Assembly (NCBI GenBank): GCA_963691875.1
Contig: OY829846.1
Coordinates: forward strand, 3,008,001-3,072,000
DNA: 64,000 bases
DNA from: Aureliella sp.
Lineage (GTDB): Bacteria; Planctomycetota; Planctomycetia; Pirellulales; Pirellulaceae
Direction of reading: 5' to 3'
The notes beneath the pieces were generated by a model. That model had not been told where the DNA came from. It worked only from the letters and a program-made list of their open reading frames with translations, and searched no databases. Made by a program: the position numbers and the translations under genes. Positions within the stretch are counted from its first letter, which is position 1; each line of letters begins with the position of its first letter. Shown here in pieces: positions 54,143-64,000 of the stretch.

Positions 54143-54244
54143 ACAGCTATCATAGCGGGTTGTTGGCTGGCGGAAAGTTTGCGAAGACGTGTTTCAGCAA
54201 ACCGTCGGGCGGTGCCGCGTTGGCTGGCGAGACCAGTGGCTCTG

Positions 54245-55177
54245 CTATCCGACAACTGCGACAAGGATTACTGCACCAGTCAGTAAACTTGCTCCGATAA
54301 AACGCAACAGCAGGATACCCGGTGGCAACTCCGCCTCAGCGCCACCCCAACGCTTGGCGACTGCCCAAGCCAGTACCACTCCCCACATTCCTCGCATCGT
54401 GTAGACCACGTTTACGCGGGCTGCATCACCAAAATTAGCCAAAGTGAAGACAATGCAGTTAGCTTGGAGCGCAACCAGCAGAGCCCCAACAATCAATGCC
54501 CAGCGAGCGTTCTCCCGCCGCCAACCTGATTTCTGACACCAAGGTAAAAAGCCGAGAGACATCACTCCGGCAATCCAGAACGAGATAGGCAGCAATCGAC
54601 CTGGGCCCCATGCTGGAGCACAGGACTGCACCACCACGTCGAAAGTACCAAAGAAAACGGCGGCTAAGAGTGCGAGGACAATGGAGAGCAACATCTTTGA
54701 CGACGGTGAATTCTCCTCACTGGTACCAGGGGAATCTTGACCTGTGTGTACAGCGACAGGAGTCCACTGGACCAAGATGATCCCGACTCCAGCCAAGGAG
54801 ACTGCGATCCAGACTGCGAGCGACAACTCGGCTCCGGAAAACAGCCAGAGCCCAAGCGCCACCACGATGACCTTTACACCAAAAACTGGTGTTGCGACCG
54901 ATACATCTCCATGCTCGACTGCAGCAAAGGTAAAGATCTGTCCAAGCAAATAGAGTAGGGCTACCAGAGCAGGTTGCCACATCGCCTCGAGTCCTGGGAT
55001 TGTACCGCCCAGTGGCCACATCAGGCTGAAGAGCAAGGCCACCCACATATTTGCAGTGAAGGTTACCGTCCAGGGGCCGGTGCCTTTGGCCGATGCTCGC
55101 TTGACACATAGCAAACCGCAAACAAACAGAAAGCTTGCCAGCAGTGGGAGTAGGAGATGGAAGGGATAGTCAGGCAC
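54245..55177 (-). CDS. DMT/EamA family transporter
   Basis: About 10 TM segments; GDVSVATPVFGVK. Confidence 0.85.
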   Translation of the reverse strand: MPDYPFHLLLPLLASFLFVCGLLCVKRASAKGTGPWTVTFTANMWVALLFSLMWPLGGTIPGLEAMWQPALVALLYLLGQIFTFAAVEHGDVSVATPVFGVKVIVVALGLWLFSGAELSLAVWIAVSLAGVGIILVQWTPVAVHTGQDSPGTSEENSPSSKMLLSIVLALLAAVFFGTFDVVVQSCAPAWGPGRLLPISFWIAGVMSLGFLPWCQKSGWRRENARWALIVGALLVALQANCIVFTLANFGDAARVNVVYTMRGMWGVVLAWAVAKRWGGAEAELPPGILLLRFIGASLLTGAVILVAVVG

Positions 55178-55303
55178 GTCACGATCTTAAGAGTGCGGGA
55201 CAATTCTACTGGTTTGCGACGTGTCATTGCGGTTTCCCCCGATGCCGCGCCGTGCCTTCAAGAACTCGTCCGCTCGAATTGCATCCTTGCAGGGATTCGC
55301 TTG

Positions 55304-56191
55304 TTACCAAGGGCGAGAAGTAATGACGCCTTTCTCTGGACTACTTGCTGTGGCGTAAAGTCGTTTGGGAATTCGCCCTGACAAATAGGCCTCGCGTCCA
55401 GCAATAGCTGCATGCTTCATCGCCACCGACATGCGAATTGGATCCCGGGCGTGAGCAATTGCCGAGTTCAAAAGAACTCCGTCAGCACCCAGCTCAAAGG
55501 CAACAGATACATCTGACGCAGTTCCGACGCCTGCATCGATGATCACCGGATAGTCTGGATCGTCTTCTTTGAGGTACTCGAGGATGATCTGCAAGTTGTT
55601 CGGATTCAGGATTCCTTGTCCGCTACCAATCGGACTGCCGGCTGGCATTACGCTTGCCGCTCCCGCTTCCTTGAGTCGCCGCGCGACGATCGGGTCATCG
55701 CCGGTGTAGCAAAGGACGTCGAAACCGTCGTCGACTAAGGTCTTGCATGCCTCAATCGTGGCCACTGGATCTGGCAGCAAAGTCTTGCTGTCGCCAAGCA
55801 CTTCGAGCTTGACCCAGTTGGCCCCAGGGTTTTCCAGGGCTCGGAGAATCTCCCTGCCAAGCTTGGCGACTCGTACAGCGTCCGTCGCACTGTAGCATCC
55901 AGCTGTGTTGGGCAGCAGCAAATACTTGCTCGGATCAATGTAGTCGAGCACATTTTGCCCGCTTCGGTCGTACATGCGTTCGCGACGCACTGCGACAGTG
56001 ACGGCATTGGAGCCCGAGGCGGCAAGCGAATCTCGCATCAGCTCCAACGTGTCGTACTTTCCGGTGCCAACGATGAGTCGACTACTCAACGTGTGCCCTC
56101 CGACCGTGAGCCCCTTGTGGGCTTGGGGCATCTGCTTCCGCTGATTCTCAGTTGCTCGCTGCGCTTCGTCGATGTTTGGTGTTAAAGCCAT
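55304..56191 (-). CDS. thiG: Thiazole synthase
   Basis: [32 protein letters not shown]. Confidence 0.97.
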   Translation of the reverse strand: MALTPNIDEAQRATENQRKQMPQAHKGLTVGGHTLSSRLIVGTGKYDTLELMRDSLAASGSNAVTVAVRRERMYDRSGQNVLDYIDPSKYLLLPNTAGCYSATDAVRVAKLGREILRALENPGANWVKLEVLGDSKTLLPDPVATIEACKTLVDDGFDVLCYTGDDPIVARRLKEAGAASVMPAGSPIGSGQGILNPNNLQIILEYLKEDDPDYPVIIDAGVGTASDVSVAFELGADGVLLNSAIAHARDPIRMSVAMKHAAIAGREAYLSGRIPKRLYATASSPEKGVITSRPW

Positions 56192-56194
56192 GGT

Positions 56195-56407
56195 TCACCC
56201 TCCGCCGACCAAAGTTACCGCCTCGATGATATCGCCAGCCGAAATCTGATGCACGGCATGTTCTTCGTGCGGCACAATCTCCTGATTGATTTCCACCGCT
56301 ACAAGCTTGCTCCGAATTTCCGCTTGATGGAGCAACTCTGTCACTGTGGTGCCGGCTAGGACATCCAGTGTCTGACCGTTGAACTGAATGGTGATCGATT
56401 CCGACAT
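56195..56407 (-). CDS. thiS: Sulfur carrier protein ThiS
   Basis: VAVEINQEIVP; C-terminal VGGG; upstream of thiG. Confidence 0.95.
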   Translation of the reverse strand: MSESITIQFNGQTLDVLAGTTVTELLHQAEIRSKLVAVEINQEIVPHEEHAVHQISAGDIIEAVTLVGGG

Positions 56408-56486
56408 GCTGCGCACCGGAAGAGAGATGGAACAGTCGCGAAGTGCAAATTTAGCAAATCACGACCGTCAAAATACTTGCGACGAA

Positions 56487-57484
56487 TCAGTTTTCGTCAA
56501 ATGCGGCGTCAAAGGCAACGTTGCTGGGGCTGAAGTCCAAACGCTTCGTGAAAGCACAAGCCTCAGCAGCGCCAAATTCACGCTCCATGCCGCTGTCTTC
56601 CCACTCGATACTCAACGGTCCAGTGTAGTTGACAAAGTTCAACGCGCGAATGATTTCTTCAAAATTGACGCCGCCGCGACCTGGGCTGCGGAAGTCCCAA
56701 CCACGTCGAGCGTCGCCAAAATTCAAGTGACTGCTCAGGATGCCGCTTTTGCCATTAAGCGTCTGAATCGCATCCTTGATGTGCACGTGGTAAATTCGGT
56801 CAGGGAATGCTCGAATAAATTCTACAGGGTCGACGCCTTGCCAGATCAAGTGGCTGGGGTCGAAGTTGAATCCAAACTCTTCGCGATGCCCGAGCGCCTC
56901 AAGAGCCCGCTCGGCAGTGTAGATATCGAAGGCAATCTCGGTTGGATGCACTTCCAAAGCGAACTTCACCCCGCACTCGCCGAAGACGTCCAAAATCGGA
57001 TTGAATCGCTCCGCAAATAGTTGAAGCCATCTTCAATCATGCTTTCCGGGGTCGGAGGGAAAGAGTAGAGCAGGTGCCAAATGGATGAACCGGTAAAGCC
57101 ATTCACGACTTCAACACCAAACTTCTGAGCGGCACGAGCCGTCTGCTTCAACTCTTCTGCCGCTCGCTCATTCACTCCAGCAGGATCACCGTCGCCCCAG
57201 ACGTAATCAGGCAAAATAGATTGGTGGCGCGCGTCGATGTTGTCCAAAACGGCTTGGCCAACGAGATGCGCGCTGATCGCGTGGCACTGAAGATTGTTAG
57301 ACTCAAGCACCGCGCGTTTCTGTGAGCAGTAATCGTCTTCGGATAGAGCTTTGTCGACTTCGAAGTGATCGCCCCAGCAGGCAAGTTCGATTCCGTCGTA
57401 GCCAAATTGACCGGTGAGCTTGGCCATTTGCTCAATGGGAAGATCAGCCCACTGACCAGTGAATAAGGTTACAGGTCGAGCCAT
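56487..57484 (-). pseudogene. Sugar phosphate isomerase/epimerase (TIM barrel) split by a 1-nt frameshift (may be a sequencing error)
   Basis: [11 protein letters not shown] and ALEVHP..FNFDPSH..HVHIKD halves join if one T is added to TATTTG near 57015, giving [16 protein letters not shown]. Confidence 0.8.
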
Positions 57485-57829
57485 TGGAACCTCCATAAGG
57501 GCAAAATAATGGCCGAATTACGGCCTTGGACTTAAAAGTGCATTAGGATTCAAGATTGATAGATTACAGGTTTTTACAGGCTTTGACGAGGGGCGGAGCG
57601 TCAATCCAGCTGATCAATCCACCCAACTGGCGGCAAAGTCACCGCAATTTGCCCCAGGATGATCAAAATAGCCTCAGTTGAGAGTGCCCGAGCTGCATGC
57701 GATTGCTTCACGAGCGGTTGAGCAGTGCTGGCAACTAAACTCTCCTTGTGGCGAAATAATTGCAATTTGTCCGTAACCTCATTGGAAGACATGGTAAAGA
57801 AAGCACAAGGTTTTTTGGGAAGGAATGAA

Positions 57830-58354
57830 GTGAGCCAAGCAGAGAATTCGGAAGGATTCGTCCGCCAGTTAACTGAGAATCAAACGCGGCTCTACGGCTA
57901 CGTCTTTTCGTTGCTTGGCGACCACGCTCGAGCAGCAGATGTCGTCCAAGAAACAAACCTTGTTCTTTGGCGAAAGATCGACGAATTCCAACCTGAAAAG
58001 CCATTCTTGCCTTGGGCCTACGCAATTGCTCGCTTCCAAGTCCTAGCACATCTGCGAGACAAAAGCCGCGATCGCTTGCTATTGGACGAAGAACTGGCAG
58101 AGGTAATGAGCAGTGAGGCAGAGCGAAAGGCGGACGAGTTTGAGAGCCTGCGTTTCGCATTGAGGCCCTGCTTAGAGCTGTTGACCGATACAAATCGCCG
58201 GTTGATTCAGCTGCGTTACCTTCGCGAGTTACCCATTGCTGAGGTGGCCGCGCAGGTGGGACGGAGCGTCGGAGCGATCAAAATCGCGTTGCTTCGTGTC
58301 CGTCGCCAGCTAGCGGAGTGTGCTCAGAAGCGTTTGGCGGGGGTCCAGCGATGA
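57830..58354 (+). CDS. ECF sigma factor (Rhodopirellula/Verrucomicrobium type)
   Basis: DVVQETNLVLWRK..F.PWAYAIARFQV; L.RVRRQLAEC. Confidence 0.9.
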   Translation: MSQAENSEGFVRQLTENQTRLYGYVFSLLGDHARAADVVQETNLVLWRKIDEFQPEKPFLPWAYAIARFQVLAHLRDKSRDRLLLDEELAEVMSSEAERKADEFESLRFALRPCLELLTDTNRRLIQLRYLRELPIAEVAAQVGRSVGAIKIALLRVRRQLAECAQKRLAGVQR

Positions 58355-60036
58355 GCGAACACCTGGAAGAGCTTGAGACACTCCTGTTTGACTGGGAAGC
58401 TGGCGAATTAGACGATTTAGGTGTTGCCCGAGTACGTGAGTTGCTTCGTGGTTCTGCGGCGGCACGTCAACACTACCTACGGCATCAATCCATAAGTGCA
58501 GCCCTGAAGTTGGATTCCGAATCCGGACTTGGCGGCTTGGCAGAGCCAATACAACTTGCTGCATCTGTACCAGAGACAGCTGTTCCTACCGCGAACGGAA
58601 ATCCGCACTCCCCATCACGTTGGAAGTCGAGCCACATCCTGGCAGCCGCAGCAGTGCTTTTAATCTGTGTAATGGCCGGGCGAATCCTACAGCTCGAGGC
58701 GTCGGGGAGGCAGACTGGCAAAAATAGCGCTGAGTCGCCAGGCGCAGCACGGAATCAGGCTCAGGAGCCAACCGCTGACGGCATCGCTTTGCTCACTCGG
58801 CTGGTTGACGTCGACTGGGCAGAAAACCAAATCGCTCTCGAAGAGGGCGATGCACTGTCGCCAGGCAAGTTGGCAATAGAATCTGGCTTTGCGCAAATCG
58901 AATTTTTTTGTGGCGCGACGGTAATCGTAGAGGGGCCAGCCGAATTGGAGCTGCGATCGCCGTTGCTGGCTCGAGTTCTAAGCGGGCGTATGCGAGCTCA
59001 GGTGCCTCCTGCTGCTCGCGGCTTTTCACTCGAAGTTGATGACCTAAAAGTCGTCGATCTTGGGACCGAGTTTGGACTCTCAGTTTCGGATGCAGGAGCT
59101 GACATCCAAGTATTCGATGGCGAAGTCGAGTTGCAGCAGGCTAGTGAAAGTCGCTTGCTGGAGGCAGGCAAGGCTCTGCGTCGGTCACAAGATGGAGCGT
59201 ACAATGAGGCCGAAGTAACGCCGGATCTTTTCCTAGACATTGCAGCGCTGGAATCACGTAAAGCCGATCAGAAAAACCAACGATACGAACTTTGGAAGAG
59301 CTGGTCTGAAAGACTTCGGGGCGATAGGCGATTGGTGACTTACTACGCTTTCGAAGCTGGTGATTGGCACCGCCGCTTACGCAGTAGTTTGCATCCAGAA
59401 AATCGTGAGTTAGACGGAGCCATCGTAGGGGCCCGCCCCGTTTCAGGCCGCTGGCCTGAAAAGCAGGCACTTGAATTCAGGCGTCCAGGTGATCGTGTCC
59501 GAGTCGATGTGCCTGGCGAATTCGGCTCACTAAGTTTTTCTTGCTGGGTTAAAATCGACAGCCTCGACCGCTGGTACAATTCCTTGTTCTTAACGGACCA
59601 ATACAACCAGGGCGAGCCGCACTGGCAAATTTTGGATACTGGCCAGTTGTTTTTCTCGGTTCGACACAAAGCTGACGAGTTGAGCGGTAAGGCAGTGAAG
59701 AAGAAGGCACATCAGCCGATTCTGTCTCCGCCGTTTTGGGAGCCTTCGCTCAGCGGTAGGTGGCTACACATTGCGACGACCTACGATGCTGGTTCCGGCA
59801 AGGTCGTGCACTATCTCAACGGTGCGGTCCTGCATGAGGAAGTCATTCCAGACGAGCTGCGAGTCGATCGCACTCGCATTGGTGCCGCTTCAATCGGCAA
59901 CTGGTCTAGGCCAACCAGGACGGAAGCTAAGTTTGCAATACGGAACCTAAATGGAAGCATCGATGAGTTTGCAATTTTCTCGGCTGTGCTCAGTACGGAA
60001 GAGATTCAGGAGATTTATAACAATGGCAAACCTTAG
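58351..60036 (+). CDS. FecR-like anti-sigma factor with LamG domain
   Basis: GATVIVEGPA, VVDLGTEFG, VFDGEV; C-terminal W.HIATTYD..YLNG..GSIDEFAIF. Confidence 0.88.
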   Translation: MSEHLEELETLLFDWEAGELDDLGVARVRELLRGSAAARQHYLRHQSISAALKLDSESGLGGLAEPIQLAASVPETAVPTANGNPHSPSRWKSSHILAAAAVLLICVMAGRILQLEASGRQTGKNSAESPGAARNQAQEPTADGIALLTRLVDVDWAENQIALEEGDALSPGKLAIESGFAQIEFFCGATVIVEGPAELELRSPLLARVLSGRMRAQVPPAARGFSLEVDDLKVVDLGTEFGLSVSDAGADIQVFDGEVELQQASESRLLEAGKALRRSQDGAYNEAEVTPDLFLDIAALESRKADQKNQRYELWKSWSERLRGDRRLVTYYAFEAGDWHRRLRSSLHPENRELDGAIVGARPVSGRWPEKQALEFRRPGDRVRVDVPGEFGSLSFSCWVKIDSLDRWYNSLFLTDQYNQGEPHWQILDTGQLFFSVRHKADELSGKAVKKKAHQPILSPPFWEPSLSGRWLHIATTYDAGSGKVVHYLNGAVLHEEVIPDELRVDRTRIGAASIGNWSRPTRTEAKFAIRNLNGSIDEFAIFSAVLSTEEIQEIYNNGKP

Positions 60037-62842
60037 CTCTTTCTCGAACAGATCGTCCACCCGATGGTCGCTAGCCGTGCTTCTGTCAGTTTCACTTGCA
60101 CCTCTGCTAGCGTGGAGCCAGCCTGTATCGGCGCAGGATGAATCAGCTAAAGCCGACCGTCTCTTCACGCTCAGAGTGTTGCCGCTGCTGAAAGTAAAAT
60201 GCTTCGGCTGCCACGGCAACGACGCTGATGACATTCGGGGTGATTACGATCTGATGACTCGGCAAGCCATGCTGGCTGGTGGTGAATCGGGCGAAGCTTC
60301 TGTTGTCCCAGGTAAACCAGAGGAGAGCCCACTGTACCAAGCTGTTCTTTGGGAAGAGTACGAAATGCCGCCCAAGGAAAACGATCGGCTCAGCAAAGAA
60401 GAAACGGAGTACATTCGCGAATGGATTGCTGCTGGGGCACCATGGCCCGACGAGGAAACGCAATCTGCAATCCAAAAGCAAGAGTGGTCGGTTCGCGAAA
60501 ACGAGGACGGAATCATCGTCGATACCAGCGGTGGGCTCGCAGACGACTGGACCTATCGTCGCTACGCCAAGGAAGACATCTGGGCTTTTCAGCCTGTCAT
60601 GAAACCCAAGGTTCCGAAGTCGGCGGAGAATCCGATCGACTACTTCGTAAACAGGAAGCTGGTGGAAGCCGAACTGCAGTCGGCTAGACAAGCCGACCCA
60701 AGTACACTCGTTCGTCGAATTACCTTCGACCTGACAGGATTGCCTCCGACGCCTCGCGAGGTTTGGGAGTTCCGCAACGCGTGGATCAGCGACGAGGAGG
60801 CTGCTTGGTCGGCACTTGTCGATCGACTCCTTGAAAGTGAACATTTTGGCGAGCGACAAGCGCAGCATTGGCTGGATGTCGTTCGCTACGCCGACACGGC
60901 AGGTTTTTCAAACGACTATGAACGCTCGAATGCGTGGCGTTACCGTGATTATGTTGTACGGAGTTTCAATTCGGACAAGCCCTTCAACGAATTCATCGTC
61001 GAGCAACTCGCAGGAGACGAGCTGCGTCCCGATGATCCCGAGTCTTTAATCGCTACAGGTTTTCTGCGAATGGGGCCTTGGGGTACAGCGATGATTCCCA
61101 AGGAGCAAGCTAGACAGATCTACTTGGACGACTTGGTACATAACGTAGGCCAGTCCTTGATGGCGATGCCACTTCGATGCTGCAAATGCCATGACCATAA
61201 GTTTGATCCAATTCCGACACGCGACTATTACAGAATCTATGCCGCTATGGCAGGAACACAACCCGCCGAACGTGAAGCAGCTTTCCTGCCTGAGGAGAAT
61301 CGCAAGGGATTTGCAGCGAAGAAGAAGCTGGTGCAGGAGTTGCTTGACTATGCGAAAGGCGAGTTAGCCAAAGTTAATGAAAAACAAGAATCTGCAGCGA
61401 AGAAGTGGTACGCGGAACACGATCTACCCTACAAAAATGAGAATGAGCGTCGAGGTGATCCGGAAGACCAAAAGCCACCGCGGCATGTAGGTCTGGAACC
61501 AGAAGACAAAGGAGTCAAAAAGGTTCGTGAGCAAGATGTTTGGATTTGGCAGCGACGCCTGGAGCGTTACCAGCCAATGGTTCAGGCGGTGTACAACGGC
61601 GAGGCGACGGGGGGTGTTAATTCTCGCAAATTGCGCGTCGCCAAGCAGAAGACTCCAAAGTGGCGTCCCGAAAGCTTTATTCTTGCTGGTGGAGCACTCG
61701 AAGCCAAACTCGATGCAGTCAGCCCAGGCGTATTGAGCGCACTCGGTGTTGAAGCCAGTGAGAATCAGGAATCGCCATGGCAGGTTACTAGTGACATCAC
61801 AGGACGCCGTCTGCAGCTGGCTCGGTGGATCGTCAGCGACAAGAATCCTCTCACAGCGCGAGTTATTGTGAACCGTATCTGGCAGTCACATTTCGGTAAG
61901 GGGCTTGTCCGGACAGCCAATAATTTCGGGGTGAAGGGCAACAAACCCACGCATCCGGAACTGCTCGATTGGCTGACCGCCGATTTCGTAGAGAACGGCT
62001 GGAAAGTGAAGCGGCTGCATCGCATGATCCTTTCCTCAGATGCTTATCGCCGCTCTAGCGAGCCAGACGATGCCGCGCGACAGGCGAATGCGGATCCAGA
62101 TAACAAGTTGCTGGCAAGTTTCGCTCCACGTCGGCTAAGTGCCGAAGAGATGCGCGATGCGATCTTACAGACGACTGGCGAATTGAATCGCGAGACTGGC
62201 GGTGTGCCCATCATGCCTGAAATCAATCTTGAGGTGGCTTTGCAGCCGCGGATGATTCAGTTCTCAATCGCTCCCGCCCATCAACCGTCTCGGACTCCAG
62301 CCGAACGAAATCGCAGGACGATCTACGCCTACCGCGTTCGCGGTCAGGCTGATCCTTTTCTTGAGATCATGAATCTGCCCAATCCCAATGAATCCTGCGA
62401 GTTGCGAGATTCGGCTGCGGTAACACCGCAGGCATTCACACTTCTCAATAGCGACGTCATGACGGATCGCTCGATTGCATTTGCCCAACGCATCAGAAGA
62501 GAGAAAAAGAAAGACGTCGCTTCTTGGATTCCGCGAGCCGTGCAACTCGCCTATGGCAGAATGCCTTCAGCAAAAGAGAAAGAAGTGCTTGAGGAATACC
62601 TGCGCGAGATGCAGGCTTACCATCAAGACAACGCACCGGAACCCCGCAAGTACCCCACCTCAGTCACCCGCTCATTGGTTGAAGAGTTTACAGGAGAGCC
62701 CTTCGAGTTCATCGAAAAACTCAATGTGTATGAAGACTATGTACCTGATGCCAAGCCCTGGACTGTTGACGCCGACACTAGAGCTTTGGCTGATGTTTGT
62801 CTTTTGTTGCTGAACGCGAATGAGTTTTTGTATGTTTATTAA
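60023..62842 (+). CDS. Planctomycete cytochrome c (PSCyt1) / DUF1549 / DUF1553 protein
   Basis: CFGCH, CCKCHDHKFDPI, WLDVVRYAD, PTHPELLDWL. Confidence 0.93.
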   Translation: MANLSSFSNRSSTRWSLAVLLSVSLAPLLAWSQPVSAQDESAKADRLFTLRVLPLLKVKCFGCHGNDADDIRGDYDLMTRQAMLAGGESGEASVVPGKPEESPLYQAVLWEEYEMPPKENDRLSKEETEYIREWIAAGAPWPDEETQSAIQKQEWSVRENEDGIIVDTSGGLADDWTYRRYAKEDIWAFQPVMKPKVPKSAENPIDYFVNRKLVEAELQSARQADPSTLVRRITFDLTGLPPTPREVWEFRNAWISDEEAAWSALVDRLLESEHFGERQAQHWLDVVRYADTAGFSNDYERSNAWRYRDYVVRSFNSDKPFNEFIVEQLAGDELRPDDPESLIATGFLRMGPWGTAMIPKEQARQIYLDDLVHNVGQSLMAMPLRCCKCHDHKFDPIPTRDYYRIYAAMAGTQPAEREAAFLPEENRKGFAAKKKLVQELLDYAKGELAKVNEKQESAAKKWYAEHDLPYKNENERRGDPEDQKPPRHVGLEPEDKGVKKVREQDVWIWQRRLERYQPMVQAVYNGEATGGVNSRKLRVAKQKTPKWRPESFILAGGALEAKLDAVSPGVLSALGVEASENQESPWQVTSDITGRRLQLARWIVSDKNPLTARVIVNRIWQSHFGKGLVRTANNFGVKGNKPTHPELLDWLTADFVENGWKVKRLHRMILSSDAYRRSSEPDDAARQANADPDNKLLASFAPRRLSAEEMRDAILQTTGELNRETGGVPIMPEINLEVALQPRMIQFSIAPAHQPSRTPAERNRRTIYAYRVRGQADPFLEIMNLPNPNESCELRDSAAVTPQAFTLLNSDVMTDRSIAFAQRIRREKKKDVASWIPRAVQLAYGRMPSAKEKEVLEEYLREMQAYHQDNAPEPRKYPTSVTRSLVEEFTGEPFEFIEKLNVYEDYVPDAKPWTVDADTRALADVCLLLLNANEFLYVY

Positions 62843-62855
62843 AGACTTTTATCCG

Positions 62856-63260
62856 TTGGCGATTAGCAATTAGCAACCTGGGAGTTGAGCTTAAAAACGT
62901 TCATGACCTGCAGGTATGGCATAAGGCTCATGCACTTGTGCTGAAGTTGTACCCGGAGACGAAAGGCTTTCCTCAAGAAGAACACTATGAACTCACGTCA
63001 CAGATTCGTAGAGCCGCGATTTCCATACCAACAAACATTGCGGAAGGTTTTGGCCGCGACGGAGATGCAAAGTTATTTCGTTTTGCCCAGATCGCAATGG
63101 GCTCGGCTTCCGAAGTCGAACATCAGTTGCTTCTTGCTCGCGAACTCTGCTTCTTTCCGCCGAGTGGTTTGAACTGCTCAATCGGTAACTTGCCGAAATC
63201 AAGAGAATGCTCATTCCCTTCATTCAAAAGCTAAAGGCCAAACGCTAAGTGCTAATCGCT
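62856..63260 (+). pseudogene. Decayed four-helix-bundle (23S rRNA IVP/Avd-like) gene flanked by inverted heptamer repeats
   Basis: DLQVWHKAH..FP.EE.YELTSQIRRAAISIPTNIAEGFGR..AMGSASEVE; no clear start, frameshift and stop near the 3' end. Confidence 0.8.
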
Positions 63261-63315
63261 TCTCCACGCAAGTCCGCCCAGTGAAGCAGATGCTAGCCCA
63301 ACCAGGAAACCTTTC

Positions 63316-64000
63316 ATGATGTTTGACAATCGACGCAACTTTCTCTTTGGTCTTGGTTCTTCTCTCGGAGCCTTAGCTCTGACGGATTTGCAAGCCGCAG
63401 AAAAGAGAGCGGCTGGGCCGCTAGAACCCAAGAAGCCGATGCATGCCGCGAAAGCAAAAGCAGTCATCATGCTCTTCATGGAAGGCGGTCCATCGCAGAC
63501 CGACACCTTTGATCCAAAGCCGAAACTCAACTCCTTGCACCTAAGCGAGTCGACGCGCACTGCGGGGCTCGCCAACGGCAAGCGTTTCTTTGTTGGCAGT
63601 CCCTTCAAGGCTCGCAAGGTCGGCAACGCAGGGATCCAAATGTCGGAGCCCTGGCAGTTCATGGCGGATCCAGAAGTGGCTGACGAATTGTGCGTCTACC
63701 GTGGCTGTCAGGCCGAATCACTGAACCACCCCGAGGCCTTGCTGCAGATGAATACCGGTAGTCGCCTCGGTGGAGATCCAGGTTTGGGCGCCTGGACGAC
63801 CTATGGGCTCGGCTCGGAGAACCAGAATCTGCCTGGCTATGTCGTGATGACCGAGCTTGCTTTGCCACAAGCTGGCCCAGCTCTGTGGACCAATGGATTT
63901 CTCCCGGCGTACCATCAGGGAACGCGACTGAGGTCTACCGGTTCGCCGATCCTGGATTTGCAGCCTCCAAAATTCAAAACACGAGAACATCAACGCAAGG
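63316..64000 (+). CDS. DUF1501 domain protein (partial; absent from ORF track)
   Basis: MMFDNRRNFL twin-arginine signal; AKAKAVIMLFMEGGPSQTDTFDPKP. Confidence 0.92.
   Translation, partial: MMFDNRRNFLFGLGSSLGALALTDLQAAEKRAAGPLEPKKPMHAAKAKAVIMLFMEGGPSQTDTFDPKPKLNSLHLSESTRTAGLANGKRFFVGSPFKARKVGNAGIQMSEPWQFMADPEVADELCVYRGCQAESLNHPEALLQMNTGSRLGGDPGLGAWTTYGLGSENQNLPGYVVMTELALPQAGPALWTNGFLPAYHQGTRLRSTGSPILDLQPPKFKTREHQRK

Noticed and set aside
56966..57030. Programmed frameshift in the sugar isomerase gene
   Set aside because: No slippery heptamer; one missing T in a short run is better explained by mutation or sequencing error
62856..63260. Diversity-generating retroelement around the Avd-like gene
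   Set aside because: No reverse transcriptase or template/variable repeat pair in the window

Overview
Planctomycete-like (Pirellulaceae-type) chromosomal window, judged from LEPR-XLL-type, DUF1549/1553/1501 and ECF/FecR genes. Housekeeping genes (pyc, cysNC/cysD, rsmG, groES/groEL, fliW, rho, ribH, nusB, scpB, thiG/thiS) surround a ~21 kb chromosomal integron lying between ribH and nusB. The integron has an unusually long 518-aa integrase, an attI site at ~31858-31876 and about 25 cassettes delimited by about 24 attC sites. The first ten cassettes have intact attC sites. From ~38.2 kb the attC sites and several genes are decayed. The cassette in first position is an exact 793-bp copy of cassette 7. 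It encodes a membrane-anchored, circularly permuted acyl-carrier-protein-like protein that is broken at the phosphopantetheine site and lacks the serine; this is the strongest candidate for an undescribed system. Other points: a sigma54-type promoter before groES, a REP-like inverted pair, several pseudogenes, and a decayed four-helix-bundle gene flanked by inverted heptamer repeats between the DUF1549 and DUF1501 genes. All family calls come from motif recognition by eye; no searches were run.
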